Positions 18,184-29,627 are shown, counted from the stretch's first letter. The stretch: 64,000 bases of DNA from a bacterium (GCA_037446635.1 JBBIIG010000004.1:12186-76185); one strand, 5' to 3'. Translations and numbers: made by a program. Notes: a model not told the origin generated them from the sequence alone.

Positions 18184-19617
18184 TTAATACTTCGGCACAC
18201 TCGGATCCACCTCATCCGACCAGGCCAGAATCCCGCCTTTCAAATTCTTGACCTTCTCAAAACCGGCTTCCCGCAAAAACTTCACGGCTTTGGCGCTGCG
18301 GCCGCCCATCTTGCAATGCACGACAATTTCCTGTGAGCGATCCAATTCGTGAATCCGCGTGGGCAATTCATTGAGCGGAATCAGCTTCGAACCAGGAATG
18401 CGGCAAATTTCATATTCATGCGGCTGGCGGACATCGAGGATGAAAACGCCGCGATTGTTGGACAAGCGCTCATGCAACTGTCGCACCGTGATCTCGTTTT
18501 CCTCCGGCAGCACCACGCGATCCGCCGGCGTGCCGATGCCGCAGAATTGCTCGTAGTCAATCAAGGCATGAATGGTTGGATTTTCACCGCAGATCGGGCA
18601 CTTGGGATCTTTGCGCAATTTCAATTCGCGATACTTCATGGCTAACGCGTCGTATAAAAGCAGCCGGCCAATCAGCGGCTCGCCTTTGCCGATGATCAAC
18701 TTCACCGCTTCCGTGGCTTGCATCAGCCCGACCGTGCCAGGGAGAATGCCCAGCACCCCGCCTTCGGCGCAGCTCGGCACCAATCCCGGCGGCGGAGGTT
18801 CGGGATAGAGACAGCGATAGCACGGGCCCTCTTTGGCGTAAAACACCGAGACCTGCCCTTCGAAACGAAAGATGCTGCCGTACACGTTGGGCTTGCCCAG
18901 CAGCACACAGGCGTCGTTCACCAGATAGCGGGTGGGGAAATTATCGGTGCCGTCGATGATGATATCGTAGTTCTCGAAAATTTGCAGCGCGTTTTCGGAA
19001 GTCAATCGCGTCTCGTAGGTATCCACCTCGACGTAGGGATTGATGCCCTGAATACGTTCCTTCGCCGCCTGCAATTTCGGGCGGCCGACGTCATTCGTTG
19101 AATAAATCACCTGCCGCTGCAAATTAGTAAAATCCACCACATCAAAATCGACGATGCCAATTCGGCCCACGCCCGCGGCGGCTAAATACAGCGCCACCGG
19201 CGAACCCAGCCCGCCCATGCCCACCAGCAGCACCTTGGCCTCTTTGAGTTTCCGCTGTCCTTCGAGCGCCACCTCCGGCATAATGAGATGCCGGCTGTAG
19301 CGTTCGATTTCTGCTTTCGAAAATTCACCGTTGCTGTCGCTGCCGCCGGCCACCGATGGCACGATGCTGATGACGTCGCCGGCTTTGATGTTGGTTTCTG
19401 TGCCGCGAAGATAGCGCACGTCGTCATCGTTGACATAAAGGTTGACGAAATTGCGCAGGCGACCGTCCTCGCTAAAGAGATGTTTGCGCAAGTCGGGGAA
19501 TTTCTCAGTGAGGTTGTCCAGCAGTTCGCCAACATTCTTTCCCTCTATTTGAACGCTGTCCTGATTTTTTGCATACTGGCGCAGCGCCGTCGGGATCAAT
19601 ATTTTTGTAGTCATCAT
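18184..19617 (-). CDS. moeB: Fusion of MoaD/ThiS-like sulfur carrier, MoeB-like adenylyltransferase and rhodanese (CysO-MoeZ-like)
   Basis: Ubiquitin-like N-terminus ending VPSVAGG; RYSRH, GMGGLG, NLQRQ, CYRC, PSCAEGG, CPIC; rhodanese DVR...HCKMGGRS. Confidence 0.92.
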   Translation of the reverse strand: MMTTKILIPTALRQYAKNQDSVQIEGKNVGELLDNLTEKFPDLRKHLFSEDGRLRNFVNLYVNDDDVRYLRGTETNIKAGDVISIVPSVAGGSDSNGEFSKAEIERYSRHLIMPEVALEGQRKLKEAKVLLVGMGGLGSPVALYLAAAGVGRIGIVDFDVVDFTNLQRQVIYSTNDVGRPKLQAAKERIQGINPYVEVDTYETRLTSENALQIFENYDIIIDGTDNFPTRYLVNDACVLLGKPNVYGSIFRFEGQVSVFYAKEGPCYRCLYPEPPPPGLVPSCAEGGVLGILPGTVGLMQATEAVKLIIGKGEPLIGRLLLYDALAMKYRELKLRKDPKCPICGENPTIHALIDYEQFCGIGTPADRVVLPEENEITVRQLHERLSNNRGVFILDVRQPHEYEICRIPGSKLIPLNELPTRIHELDRSQEIVVHCKMGGRSAKAVKFLREAGFEKVKNLKGGILAWSDEVDPSVPKY

Positions 19618-19631
19618 TTTCTCTCCTCAAC

Positions 19632-20063
19632 TTACTCGTTCACTACAATGATTTTTTCTTGTTTGAATTTTGAGCGATCGTCTTCGAGCGTCCAGGAGGT
19701 GACATCGCTCGCTTTGCTATTTTTTATTGAAACGATGATATAGGAATACCACGGCCAACCATGTTCAACATCATAGGCGGAGGGCCGCGCTTCGGCATTT
19801 GGGTGCGAATGATAAAAACCAATGATGTCGAGATTCTTTTGCTTAGCGTACTTTTGGCATTCGAGATAAGCTTGCGGCGTAATTAGAAAGCGATGATACT
19901 TCTCGGCGCTTTCGCGAGCATTGAGCGCTGGCAGTGTTGCCACCACTACTTTGTCGCCGTTCACATTTCTGCCCAATAAAAATCCGCAGCACTCGTCCGG
20001 ATACGATTCCTCGCCGTATGCTTTGATTAATTCCAAATGCTGTCGATCAATCTTAAGCGCCAT
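19632..20063 (-). CDS. mec: JAMM/M67 metallopeptidase (Mec-like)
   Basis: YPDECCG and HSHPNAEARPSAYD (E...HxH-x7-S-x2-D); located between cysM and the sulfur-carrier gene. Confidence 0.88.
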   Translation of the reverse strand: MALKIDRQHLELIKAYGEESYPDECCGFLLGRNVNGDKVVVATLPALNARESAEKYHRFLITPQAYLECQKYAKQKNLDIIGFYHSHPNAEARPSAYDVEHGWPWYSYIIVSIKNSKASDVTSWTLEDDRSKFKQEKIIVVNE

Positions 20064-21030
20064 AATTATTTTCACTCCAAAATTTCTGATCGAAATATTT
20101 GTGCGCGCTGTCCGGAAAAATAGTGACAATAACTCCGCAGCCGATCTCCTTCGCAACCTGCAGTGCCACGGCCAAAGCCGCTCCCGAGGAAATTCCTACG
20201 AGCAGACCTTCTTCCTTTGCCAAAAGTTTCACCATGCGCTGCGCCTCTTCGGTGCTCACGGTGCGATTGTCATCCGCTAAATCCGGCTGATAAAAACCCG
20301 GCACGATGGCGGTCTCCATGTGCTTCAAACCTTCAAGACCGTGGAATGGCGAATCGGGTTGCACCGAGATCAATTTAATTTCTTCGTTATATTCTCGCAA
20401 AAAAAGCCCCGAGCCCATAAACGTGCCGCTGGTGCCAAGCCCCGCAACAAAATGGGTAATGCGGCCTTCGGTTTGCCGGATAATTTCCGGGCCCGTACTA
20501 TCATAATGCGCCAGCCAGTTGGCGCGATTGTTATACTGATCGGCATAAAAATAGCGCTCCGGCTCTGCCGCAAAAATTCGGCGCGCTTCGCGAATGGCGC
20601 CGTCGGAGCCTTGCTGGGGATCGGTCAAAATCAATTCCGCGCCATACGCTCGCAAAATTTGCTGAAAGATGTTGCCGGAATTCTTTGGAATCGCCAACTT
20701 GACTTTGTATCCCAAATTCGCGCCGTACATGGCGTAGGCGATGCCGGTATTTCCAGAGGTGGCGTCGAGGATAATTTTATCCGGTGTGAGTTGCCCCGAT
20801 TTTTCGCCTTCTAAGATAATGTTCAAAGCCGCGCGGTCTTTCACGGAGCCGCCGGGATTGAACCACTCGGCTTTGGCGTAAATTTCCACTGGCGCCACAC
20901 GCGCGGAAATTTTGGCAAGATAAATCAGCGGCGTGTTGCCAACGCGGCTGAGGATAGATGGTTTGCGATCGCCGCCTTCAGAGAGCGTCTCCGCAAACGG
21001 CTCGAATATTGTCGCTGCTTCTGTTTGCAT
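20053..21030 (-). CDS. cysM: PLP-dependent cysteine synthase (CysM-like)
   Basis: GNTPL, NPGGSVKDR, ATSGNTG, GLGTSGT. Confidence 0.92.
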   Translation of the reverse strand: MQTEAATIFEPFAETLSEGGDRKPSILSRVGNTPLIYLAKISARVAPVEIYAKAEWFNPGGSVKDRAALNIILEGEKSGQLTPDKIILDATSGNTGIAYAMYGANLGYKVKLAIPKNSGNIFQQILRAYGAELILTDPQQGSDGAIREARRIFAAEPERYFYADQYNNRANWLAHYDSTGPEIIRQTEGRITHFVAGLGTSGTFMGSGLFLREYNEEIKLISVQPDSPFHGLEGLKHMETAIVPGFYQPDLADDNRTVSTEEAQRMVKLLAKEEGLLVGISSGAALAVALQVAKEIGCGVIVTIFPDSAHKYFDQKFWSENNYGA

Positions 21031-21051
21031 TTTAAGCCTTTCTATTAAAAC

Positions 21052-21080
21052 AAAAAACCCACATCGTGTGAATGTGGGTT
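21052..21080 (-). terminator. Attenuator terminator hairpin upstream of cysM
   Basis: Minus strand AACCCACAT-tcacacg-ATGTGGGTT-TTTT. Confidence 0.85.
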
Positions 21081-21121
21081 ATGATTTTGGTATGCTAACT
21101 TGATTTAAGAATATCAAAACT

Positions 21122-21223
21122 TCAACATAACCCACCGCTCCATTTCATACAACAGATGCACGCGCTGCACACCATCCAGAATTGATTGCAGGGGCCCATG
21201 AAGTTTTGCATTTGAATTTTCAT
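21122..21223 (-). CDS. Cys/Met-rich leader peptide (33 aa)
   Basis: MKIQMQNFMGPCNQFWMVCSACICCMKWSGGLC*: 6 Cys, 5 Met; its 3' end overlaps the antiterminator strand. Confidence 0.8.
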   Translation of the reverse strand: MKIQMQNFMGPCNQFWMVCSACICCMKWSGGLC

Positions 21224-21247
21224 CGCGTTGTTCAATTTTGACGAACA

Positions 21248-21276
21248 AATGTACGCCATCGTTTATTTCAAGTCAA
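21248..21276 (-). promoter_or_regulatory. Sigma70-type promoter of the cys leader/operon
   Basis: TTGACT-N17-TACATT on the minus strand. Confidence 0.75.
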
Positions 21277-21300
21277 GAAAAAGTTTTAGAAACTTAATGG

Positions 21301-21705
21301 TCAATTGGCGCGAGTTTTAGACCACTCTTTGATGTAGGCGATGATGTCGCTAGTGCTCGATCCCGGGCCGAAAATTTTGCCTGTGCCCATTTTCTCCAAT
21401 GCCTCCACATCTTCCGGGGGGATGATGCCGCCGCCGGTGAGCAGCACGTCGGTCAATCCCTTTTCGTCCATTAATTTTTTGATGCGCGGAAAGAGCGTCA
21501 TGTGGGCGCCGGAGAGAATGCTGAGCCCGATAACGTCCACGTCTTCCTGCAACGCCGCCTCGACGATCATCTCCGGCGTCTGATGCAAGCCAGTGTAGAT
21601 CACTTCAAAGCCGGCGTCGCGCAGGGCGCTGGCGATGACTTTGGCGCCGCGGTCGTGGCCGTCCAATCCGGGCTTGGCAATAAGTACGCGAATTTTACGT
21701 TCCAT
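21301..21705 (-). CDS. Methylmalonyl-CoA mutase, cobalamin-binding subunit
   Basis: [23 protein letters not shown]. Confidence 0.93.
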   Translation of the reverse strand: MERKIRVLIAKPGLDGHDRGAKVIASALRDAGFEVIYTGLHQTPEMIVEAALQEDVDVIGLSILSGAHMTLFPRIKKLMDEKGLTDVLLTGGGIIPPEDVEALEKMGTGKIFGPGSSTSDIIAYIKEWSKTRAN

Positions 21706-21779
21706 AATTTACTGCTCAGTTTATCGGGTTAGTGCGACCGTTAATTTAGAATCCGTTCTGAAAAATGCAACTTAAAAAA

Positions 21780-21930
21780 CGCATGGCGCATAGCGCCAAG
21801 AGCATAGCGCCGAGCGAAGAGCGAAAGAGCGTTAAGCGAAACATCGGCACAAACACCTCTGCCCGCAAACAACGCGGGCTGTCCCCTCAAGGGGACATTT
21901 TACGTTGGCGCTATGCACTTGCTCTCTGCG
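21780..21930. repeat. Degenerate heptamer repeats (agagcat/agcgcca) with an inverted partner and an internal hairpin
   Basis: gcatagcgccaagagcatagcgcc ... tgtcccctcaaggggaca ... ggcgctatgc. Confidence 0.55.
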
Positions 21931-23588
<1,658 letters not shown>

Positions 23589-23592
<4 letters not shown>

Positions 23593-24551
23593 GATTTTTC
23601 TCCGAGTTTGCGTTTGAAATTCGCGATGAGTTCCTCAGCGATTTTATACGGGGACAAACTTGAATCTTGATAATTTTCTAATTTCTCGTGCAACGTTTGG
23701 CGGGTGGCGTCATCCCAAAATGCTTTCTCAAATCGAAAGCGCACAATGTTATGAACTTTTTTGAGCAGCCGCGTTTTGCGTTTTTGCTGCAGAAGATTCT
23801 GTTCGATCAAAAATTTGCGATGCGCTTCGATGGCCTCGGCAATTTCGCCAATGCCGTCGCCCTGGCTGGCAATGGCGCGCAAAACTTTCGGCTGCCACGG
23901 CTGCCTTTCGCGGAGTTGCAAAATGGCTTGCAGCTCGGAAATGACGCGGTTTGAGCCTTCGCGGTCGGCTTTGTTGACCACGAACAAATCGGCGATTTCC
24001 ATCAGGCCGGCTTTCATGGCTTGCACGGAATCGCCGGACTCCGGTACCAGGACGACAATCGTCGTGTCGGCGCTCTCGGCGATGTCCAGCTCGGATTGTC
24101 CCACGCCCACGGTTTCGAGCATCACATAATGTTTGCCGGCGGCGTCGAGGATGTCAGCGGCGTCATCGGCTTTCTTCGAGAGCCCACCCAAGCTGCCGCG
24201 CGTGGCCATGCTGCGAATGAACACGCCGTCGTCGAGCGTTACATCCACCATGCGGATGCGATCGCCCAACAGCGCGCCGCCCGTGAACGGACTCGTGGGA
24301 TCCACCGCGATGATGCCCACGGTTTGGTTGCGGCGGCGATAAAGTTTGGTGAGCTGATCCACCAGCGTGCTTTTGCCGGCGCCCGGCGGTCCGGTGATGC
24401 CAATACGATAAGCGTTACCAATCTTAGGATAAATCGCATCGAGCAAGTTAGCGGCATCCGCGACCTCATCCTCCACCAGTGAGATGGATTTGGCGAGGGC
24501 GCGTTTATCGCCGCTGAACAGATTTTTGATTATTTGATGAGACACGTTCAT
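23589..24551 (-). CDS. meaB: Mutase-associated GTPase MeaB
   Basis: [38 protein letters not shown]. Confidence 0.94.
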
Positions 24552-24561
24552 TCATTAACCT

Positions 24562-24589
24562 GTAAAGACGTTGGATGCAACATCTCTAC
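24562..24589. repeat. GTAG-type REP palindrome
   Basis: gtaaagacgttggatgcaacatctctac (imperfect). Confidence 0.6.
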
Positions 24590-24609
24590 GGGATAAACAT
24601 TCATAAGTG

Positions 24610-24885
24610 TTAGTTGACGACCATTTCATCGACATCTTCAGCAGGAACAAATTCAATTTTGGGCATGACAGACTCAATTTTGAAGACGACATGCTTTTTT
24701 CCTTCTCGTTTCAATCGCTCCAAGATTTGTAAATTTTCTTTGTAAAGTTCCGGATCATTTGTGGGTAAGAGAACTAGCTGAGCATCTCGAGGAATTTTAT
24801 CCAAAATTTCCGGCCTATCAATGGCATATTTCATGAAGTCGCTCAAAAGATCACAGTTTTTTTCAATAATCTTTTTTTCAGTCAT
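24610..24885 (-). CDS. DUF5647-like small protein (putative antitoxin)
   Basis: EKNCDLLSDFMKY..PEILDKIP..AQLVLLPTNDPEL; overlaps the upstream gene; low GC. Confidence 0.7.
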   Translation of the reverse strand: MTEKKIIEKNCDLLSDFMKYAIDRPEILDKIPRDAQLVLLPTNDPELYKENLQILERLKREGKKHVVFKIESVMPKIEFVPAEDVDEMVVN

Positions 24886-25201
24886 TTTTAATCTCCGACA
24901 AATAATTTCTGAGATAATTTTCCCATGATAGTTTCAAATCCGAAAGGGCATAATTAAATGCTTCATTGAAAGTAATAAAATACAAAGCTTGTTTACTTTG
25001 AGAACCATCGGGATGCAGTATATCTCGATGAGCAAAACTGTGCGCTGTATCATACCTGACGATTGGAATCCAAGTTTCATTAATTTCCGACTCATATTGA
25101 ACGACAAAACTCAAGATTTGGCCGCTCTCTTTGAATGCTCTCACGCGAATGCGATGCCGCCCATCCGGAGTAAGATCGAACAAGAACGATAATTCATTCA
25201 C
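24878..25201 (-). CDS. Putative toxin (DUF7718/TumE-like)
   Basis: FVVQYE...WIPIVRYDTAHSFAHRD motif; low GC. Confidence 0.7.
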   Translation of the reverse strand: MNELSFLFDLTPDGRHRIRVRAFKESGQILSFVVQYESEINETWIPIVRYDTAHSFAHRDILHPDGSQSKQALYFITFNEAFNYALSDLKLSWENYLRNYLSEIKND

Positions 25202-25227
25202 AAGTCTTTTTGATGTTGAAGTTGATG

Positions 25228-26760
25228 TTATTCAGAACGGGCGTACGCCTTTCTCCCCGCCGCCTTCCACTCACTGGTTCGATGATTCAACTCAGCGCCT
25301 CGCATTTTCGGCCGCTGATTTTTGAACTGAATTTCATACAGCGCCGCCGCCAGCGCCGCAATCTCTTTTTCATCACTTTCTGCTTCTAGCATTGCTTGCG
25401 GCTTGGATAAGAATTCTTTCTCAATAAAATGGGTATCGAAATCACCAGCCGCAAATTTGGGGTGGTTCATCACCAGCAGGCAAAATGGAATGGTGGTCTC
25501 GACGCCGTGGATTTGGTACTCCTCCAGCGCCCGTTTCATGCGCGCAATGGCTTCGCTGCGATTTCGTCCCCACACGATTAACTTCGCAATTAGCGGATCA
25601 TAATAAACCGAAACCTCGGCGCCGGCGTAGTAGCCGTTGTCATCGCGCACGCCAAAGCCGCCGGGCGCGGACAGATGTTTGATTTTTCCAATCGAAGGCA
25701 GAAAATGGTTGGCGGGATCTTCGGCATAAATCCGGCACTCGAGGGCGTGGCCGTTGAATCGAATTTCCTTTTGCTCGTAACCCAACGGCTCGCCGGCGGC
25801 AATGCGAATCTGTTCTTTCACGAGATCGATGCCGGTGATCATCTCGGTGACCGGATGCTCCACCTGCAGCCGGGTGTTCATCTCCAAAAAATAAAAATGG
25901 CGCTGTTGGTCCACCATGAACTCGATGGTGCCGGCGTTTTGATAGCCGCAGGCCTGCGCGGCTTTCACCGCGGCTTCGCCCATCTCGCGGCGCAGCTTGT
26001 CATCTAAAATGCACGAGGGCGATTCCTCGATTACTTTTTGATGGCGGCGCTGAATGGAACACTCGCGCTCGCCGAGGTGAACAACCTGGCCATGTTGATC
26101 CGCGAGAATCTGAAACTCAATATGCCGCGGCGCTTCGAGATATTTTTCAATGTAAATGCGGCCGTCGCCAAACGCCGACTCCGCCTCCGAATGCGCCGCC
26201 CGCATCGCTGACGCCATTTCCCCTTCGGCTTTCACCACCCGCATCCCTTTGCCGCCGCCGCCCGCTGCCGCTTTCAACAACACCGGATAACCCAATTCTT
26301 TGGCGACCGAGATGGCTGATTTTTCATCCGTCAAAGCTTTGTCGGTGCCGGGAACAATTGGAACATTCGCCGCCATCATGCGCTGCCGCGCCGCGGTTTT
26401 ATCGCCCATGAGATTCATCGCTTCGGCCGGCGGCCCGATGAAAATTAGGCCGGCCTCTTTCACGCGGCGAGCAAACTCCGGATTCTCGGATAAAAATCCA
26501 TAACCGGGATGAATGGCTTGCGCGCCCGATTCTTTGGCAGCGGCGATGATCTTCTGTTGATCAAGATAACTTTCACGGGAGGGGGCCGGACCAATCAAAT
26601 AAGCTTCGTCGGCGAGACGGACGTGCAGCGCGAGATGATCCACTTCGGAATAAACCGCTACTGGGGAAATCCCCAGCTCACGGCAGGCGCGAATCACCCG
26701 CACCGCAATCTCGCCGCGATTGGCAATGAGAATTTTTTGAAACGGCTTGTTATTCATCAC
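25228..26760 (-). CDS. accC: Biotin carboxylase subunit of acyl-CoA carboxylase
   Basis: ANRGEIA, HPGYGFLSEN, GGGGKGMR, RECSIQRRHQK, EMNTRLQVEH; no biotinyl domain. Confidence 0.94.
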   Translation of the reverse strand: MMNNKPFQKILIANRGEIAVRVIRACRELGISPVAVYSEVDHLALHVRLADEAYLIGPAPSRESYLDQQKIIAAAKESGAQAIHPGYGFLSENPEFARRVKEAGLIFIGPPAEAMNLMGDKTAARQRMMAANVPIVPGTDKALTDEKSAISVAKELGYPVLLKAAAGGGGKGMRVVKAEGEMASAMRAAHSEAESAFGDGRIYIEKYLEAPRHIEFQILADQHGQVVHLGERECSIQRRHQKVIEESPSCILDDKLRREMGEAAVKAAQACGYQNAGTIEFMVDQQRHFYFLEMNTRLQVEHPVTEMITGIDLVKEQIRIAAGEPLGYEQKEIRFNGHALECRIYAEDPANHFLPSIGKIKHLSAPGGFGVRDDNGYYAGAEVSVYYDPLIAKLIVWGRNRSEAIARMKRALEEYQIHGVETTIPFCLLVMNHPKFAAGDFDTHFIEKEFLSKPQAMLEAESDEKEIAALAAALYEIQFKNQRPKMRGAELNHRTSEWKAAGRKAYARSE

Positions 26761-26765
26761 GCCAA

Positions 26766-27104
26766 TTAAAAACTTTTCAGCGCTTCTTTTTCACTGGTGA
26801 ATCCTTCCAACACGTCGTCCAGCTTGGCGATCTTGATCAGCGTACGGATTTTGGTGCTGAGGTGAACGAGTTTGAGCTTGCCCGAGTTGGATTTTAACTG
26901 CCGATGCCCAAAGAGCAGCGCGCCCAAACCGGAGCTGTCCACGTAATCAACCTTTTTCAGATCGATCAGAACCTTCTTGGTCTGTTTGTCCTCCAGCAAA
27001 CCCAACAGGGCGGTCTTGAATTGCGGTGCAACCGTGCTATCCAATCTGGTTTCATCCACACGCAAAATCAGTACGTCGCCAACTTTCTCTTGATTAATTT
27101 TCAT
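26766..27104 (-). CDS. STAS-domain anti-sigma factor antagonist
   Basis: VLIDLKKVDYVDSSGLGAL. Confidence 0.9.
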   Translation of the reverse strand: MKINQEKVGDVLILRVDETRLDSTVAPQFKTALLGLLEDKQTKKVLIDLKKVDYVDSSGLGALLFGHRQLKSNSGKLKLVHLSTKIRTLIKIAKLDDVLEGFTSEKEALKSF

Positions 27105-27126
27105 TAGTTACTCCATCAACCCTGTT

Positions 27127-27327
27127 TTATTCGAGAATAAAGGTTACCTGCATCGTCACGCGGTATTCTGAAATTTCGCCATTTTCGATCTTAGCTTTTT
27201 GCGCGATGATTTCAGCCCCGGTGATGTTGCGCAGCGTGGAACTGGCGCGGTCGATGCCTTTTTGAAACGCATCCTGAAAACCTTTGGGCGACGACGCGGT
27301 GATCGTGGTTACTCTTGCAACTGCCAT
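27127..27327 (-). CDS. Dodecin-family protein
   Basis: ASSPKGFQDA..GIDRASSTLRNI...EYRVTMQVTFILE. Confidence 0.88.
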   Translation of the reverse strand: MAVARVTTITASSPKGFQDAFQKGIDRASSTLRNITGAEIIAQKAKIENGEISEYRVTMQVTFILE

Positions 27328-27368
27328 TTTAAATCCTCCTTTTATATGTTATATGTTTTGAATTAAAC

Positions 27369-29627
27369 TCAATTGAGTGCTTGAATTTCTATTTCAGCGT
27401 CAATGTAACGGCCATCATTTAGGTCCTGAACCTTGTTGCTGCTCGCGGCGCGGCGCATCTCATCACTGACGACGCAGCGAATTTCATCATACGTAAAATC
27501 CTCCGGCAGCCGATCTTTGATAGGCTTGAGCGCCGCCGTTCCCACCTCACGAATCACTTCGCGAATTTTCTGCATTTTTCCAACTGCTACAATTGCTGAA
27601 ACCTGCACCAAATTTCGTCCAATCAGTTCGGCAAAATGGCCATACACGGTCGGCGCCGTCAACCCGCGGCGTGCGGCGATCTCCGGCGGCGACAAGCCCT
27701 GCCGAAACAGCGCGAGCGTTTGCTGCACCGTCAGCGGCATCTGCGAAATCTGCCGCAGCGGCGAACCGTACGGCGCCGGTGTGGGTGGCACGTTCAAATC
27801 CAACGGTATTGATTCTAAATTTTGCAAAGCCGCCGCACCTTTGGGGGTGAGATCGAGCACGGGGTAATCGGCACCCACCAGCGTGAGGTAGCGCATCTTC
27901 AAAAGCTGGTCGATGAAATCGCGGCACTGCGGCTGGGTGTATTGACTCAAGCGTCCGTAGGCTTTCGTTCGATTCCAACCGAACTCAAAAATTTCTTTCG
28001 CTTGCGAGCCGTTCAAAATTTCGATCAACCGCGACCGTCCCACTTCGCGTTTGAGGTGCTTCACCGCGTGTAAAATAATCAGCGCCACTTTTTCGGCTTC
28101 GCTGAAATCGCGGTCAGCATCACGCTGCGGCGGCGCCACGGCTTTTGCGGCCTCGTGCTCACGAGCAGCGAGACAATTATCGCAGCAGCGCTCGGCTTCG
28201 GCGCTGCCGGTGTCGCCGAAATGATCCAAAATGAAGCGCCGGCGGCAAAGATCGCCCTGGGCATAACCAATCATTTGCTCAAGCTGTTGATACTTGTATT
28301 CCAGCCGGCGCGCGATCTCCTGCAAAATGGGGACGAGGTTGGCCTGCTTGAGCGGCAGAATTTCGAAGTTCATGCTGTTGGCTTCGTCACCCAAATCCAC
28401 CAGCGCCTGCGCTTTCACCAACTCGGCGAGGGCGACGCGCACTTTGGTTTCGTGCAGACGCGCCGCCTTTTGCAGATAAACCGAGTTCGTTCTCACCCGG
28501 CCATCTTCGGCAATATTTTTGAGGAGGGCGTAAATCAGCTCCAATTCCTCGCGGGTGGGAAAACTATTTTTGATAAACCAGTATTGCAGGTCAATATCTT
28601 TCGGCGAGTACAGCAAAACCGCGCGCGCGGGCAGGCCATCGCGACCAGCGCGGCCGGCTTCCTGATAATAGGCCTCGAGGGTGCCGGGCAAATTATAATG
28701 AATGACGCTGCGAATGTCCGGCTTATCTACTCCCATGCCAAAGGCGTTGGTGGCGACGATGACGGTGGTTTCATCTTTCATAAACGAATCTTGAATGCGG
28801 CTGCGCTCCGCGGCCTCAAGGCCGGCGTGGTAATGATCGGTTTTGACTTTGCTGGTGAGGCGGATAAACTCGGCCACTTCCTCGGCGCCGCGGCGGGTGG
28901 CCGTGTAAACAATCGCGCGGTGATTTTTATCCCCCAGGAGCTGTTTGAGCGCGTCTAATTTGGAATCGTCATCCGGAGCGTACTCGACTTCAAACGCAAG
29001 ATTGGGGCGATTGAAACCGGTGACGATGCGCTGGCAATTTTGCAGGCGCAATTGTTTGATGATATCGTCCTGCACTTTCAGTGTTGCGGTGGCGGTCAAC
29101 GCGGCAACGGGCGGATGTTTCAGTTGCGCGATGACGTTTTTCAGAGTGAGATAATCCGGGCGAAAATCGTGGCCCCAGTGGGAGATGCAATGGGCTTCGT
29201 CCACCACAAACAGAGCGACGGCGACGCCATCAAGCGCGGACAGAAACGCCTGGCTGCGGAAACGTTCGGGCGCCACATACACCAGCCGCAATTTTCCGGC
29301 GCGCATGTCGCGAACCCGGCTCGACTGCTCCGAAGCCGAAAGCGAGCTGTTGATGAAGGTCGCGGCTTTGCCAATTTCGCGCAAAGCCTCGACCTGATCT
29401 TTCATCAAGGCGATCAGCGGCGAAACCACGATCGTGGTGCCGGATTGCAAAAGCGCCGGCAGTTGATAGCACAGCGACTTCCCCGCGCCGGTGGGCATCA
29501 CCACCAGCAGGTTGCGCTTGTCGAGAATCGCGCGGATCGCCGCCTCCTGTCCGGGACGGAAGCCGTCGAAGTGGAAGTGACGGCGAAGCTCGGTTTGCAG
29601 ATTATTCATTGCTTCGATTTTCTTCAA
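27369..29627 (-). CDS. recQ: RecQ-family DNA helicase
   Basis: PTGAGKS, DEAHC, HDFRP, QEAGRAGRDG; RQC and C-terminal HTH. Confidence 0.93.
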   Translation of the reverse strand: MKKIEAMNNLQTELRRHFHFDGFRPGQEAAIRAILDKRNLLVVMPTGAGKSLCYQLPALLQSGTTIVVSPLIALMKDQVEALREIGKAATFINSSLSASEQSSRVRDMRAGKLRLVYVAPERFRSQAFLSALDGVAVALFVVDEAHCISHWGHDFRPDYLTLKNVIAQLKHPPVAALTATATLKVQDDIIKQLRLQNCQRIVTGFNRPNLAFEVEYAPDDDSKLDALKQLLGDKNHRAIVYTATRRGAEEVAEFIRLTSKVKTDHYHAGLEAAERSRIQDSFMKDETTVIVATNAFGMGVDKPDIRSVIHYNLPGTLEAYYQEAGRAGRDGLPARAVLLYSPKDIDLQYWFIKNSFPTREELELIYALLKNIAEDGRVRTNSVYLQKAARLHETKVRVALAELVKAQALVDLGDEANSMNFEILPLKQANLVPILQEIARRLEYKYQQLEQMIGYAQGDLCRRRFILDHFGDTGSAEAERCCDNCLAAREHEAAKAVAPPQRDADRDFSEAEKVALIILHAVKHLKREVGRSRLIEILNGSQAKEIFEFGWNRTKAYGRLSQYTQPQCRDFIDQLLKMRYLTLVGADYPVLDLTPKGAAALQNLESIPLDLNVPPTPAPYGSPLRQISQMPLTVQQTLALFRQGLSPPEIAARRGLTAPTVYGHFAELIGRNLVQVSAIVAVGKMQKIREVIREVGTAALKPIKDRLPEDFTYDEIRCVVSDEMRRAASSNKVQDLNDGRYIDAEIEIQALN

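Noticed and set aside
21122..21223. Cys-rich peptide as a RiPP precursor or metallothionein
   Set aside because: No modifying enzymes of that type nearby; the overlap with antiterminator/terminator stems upstream of cysM explains it better.
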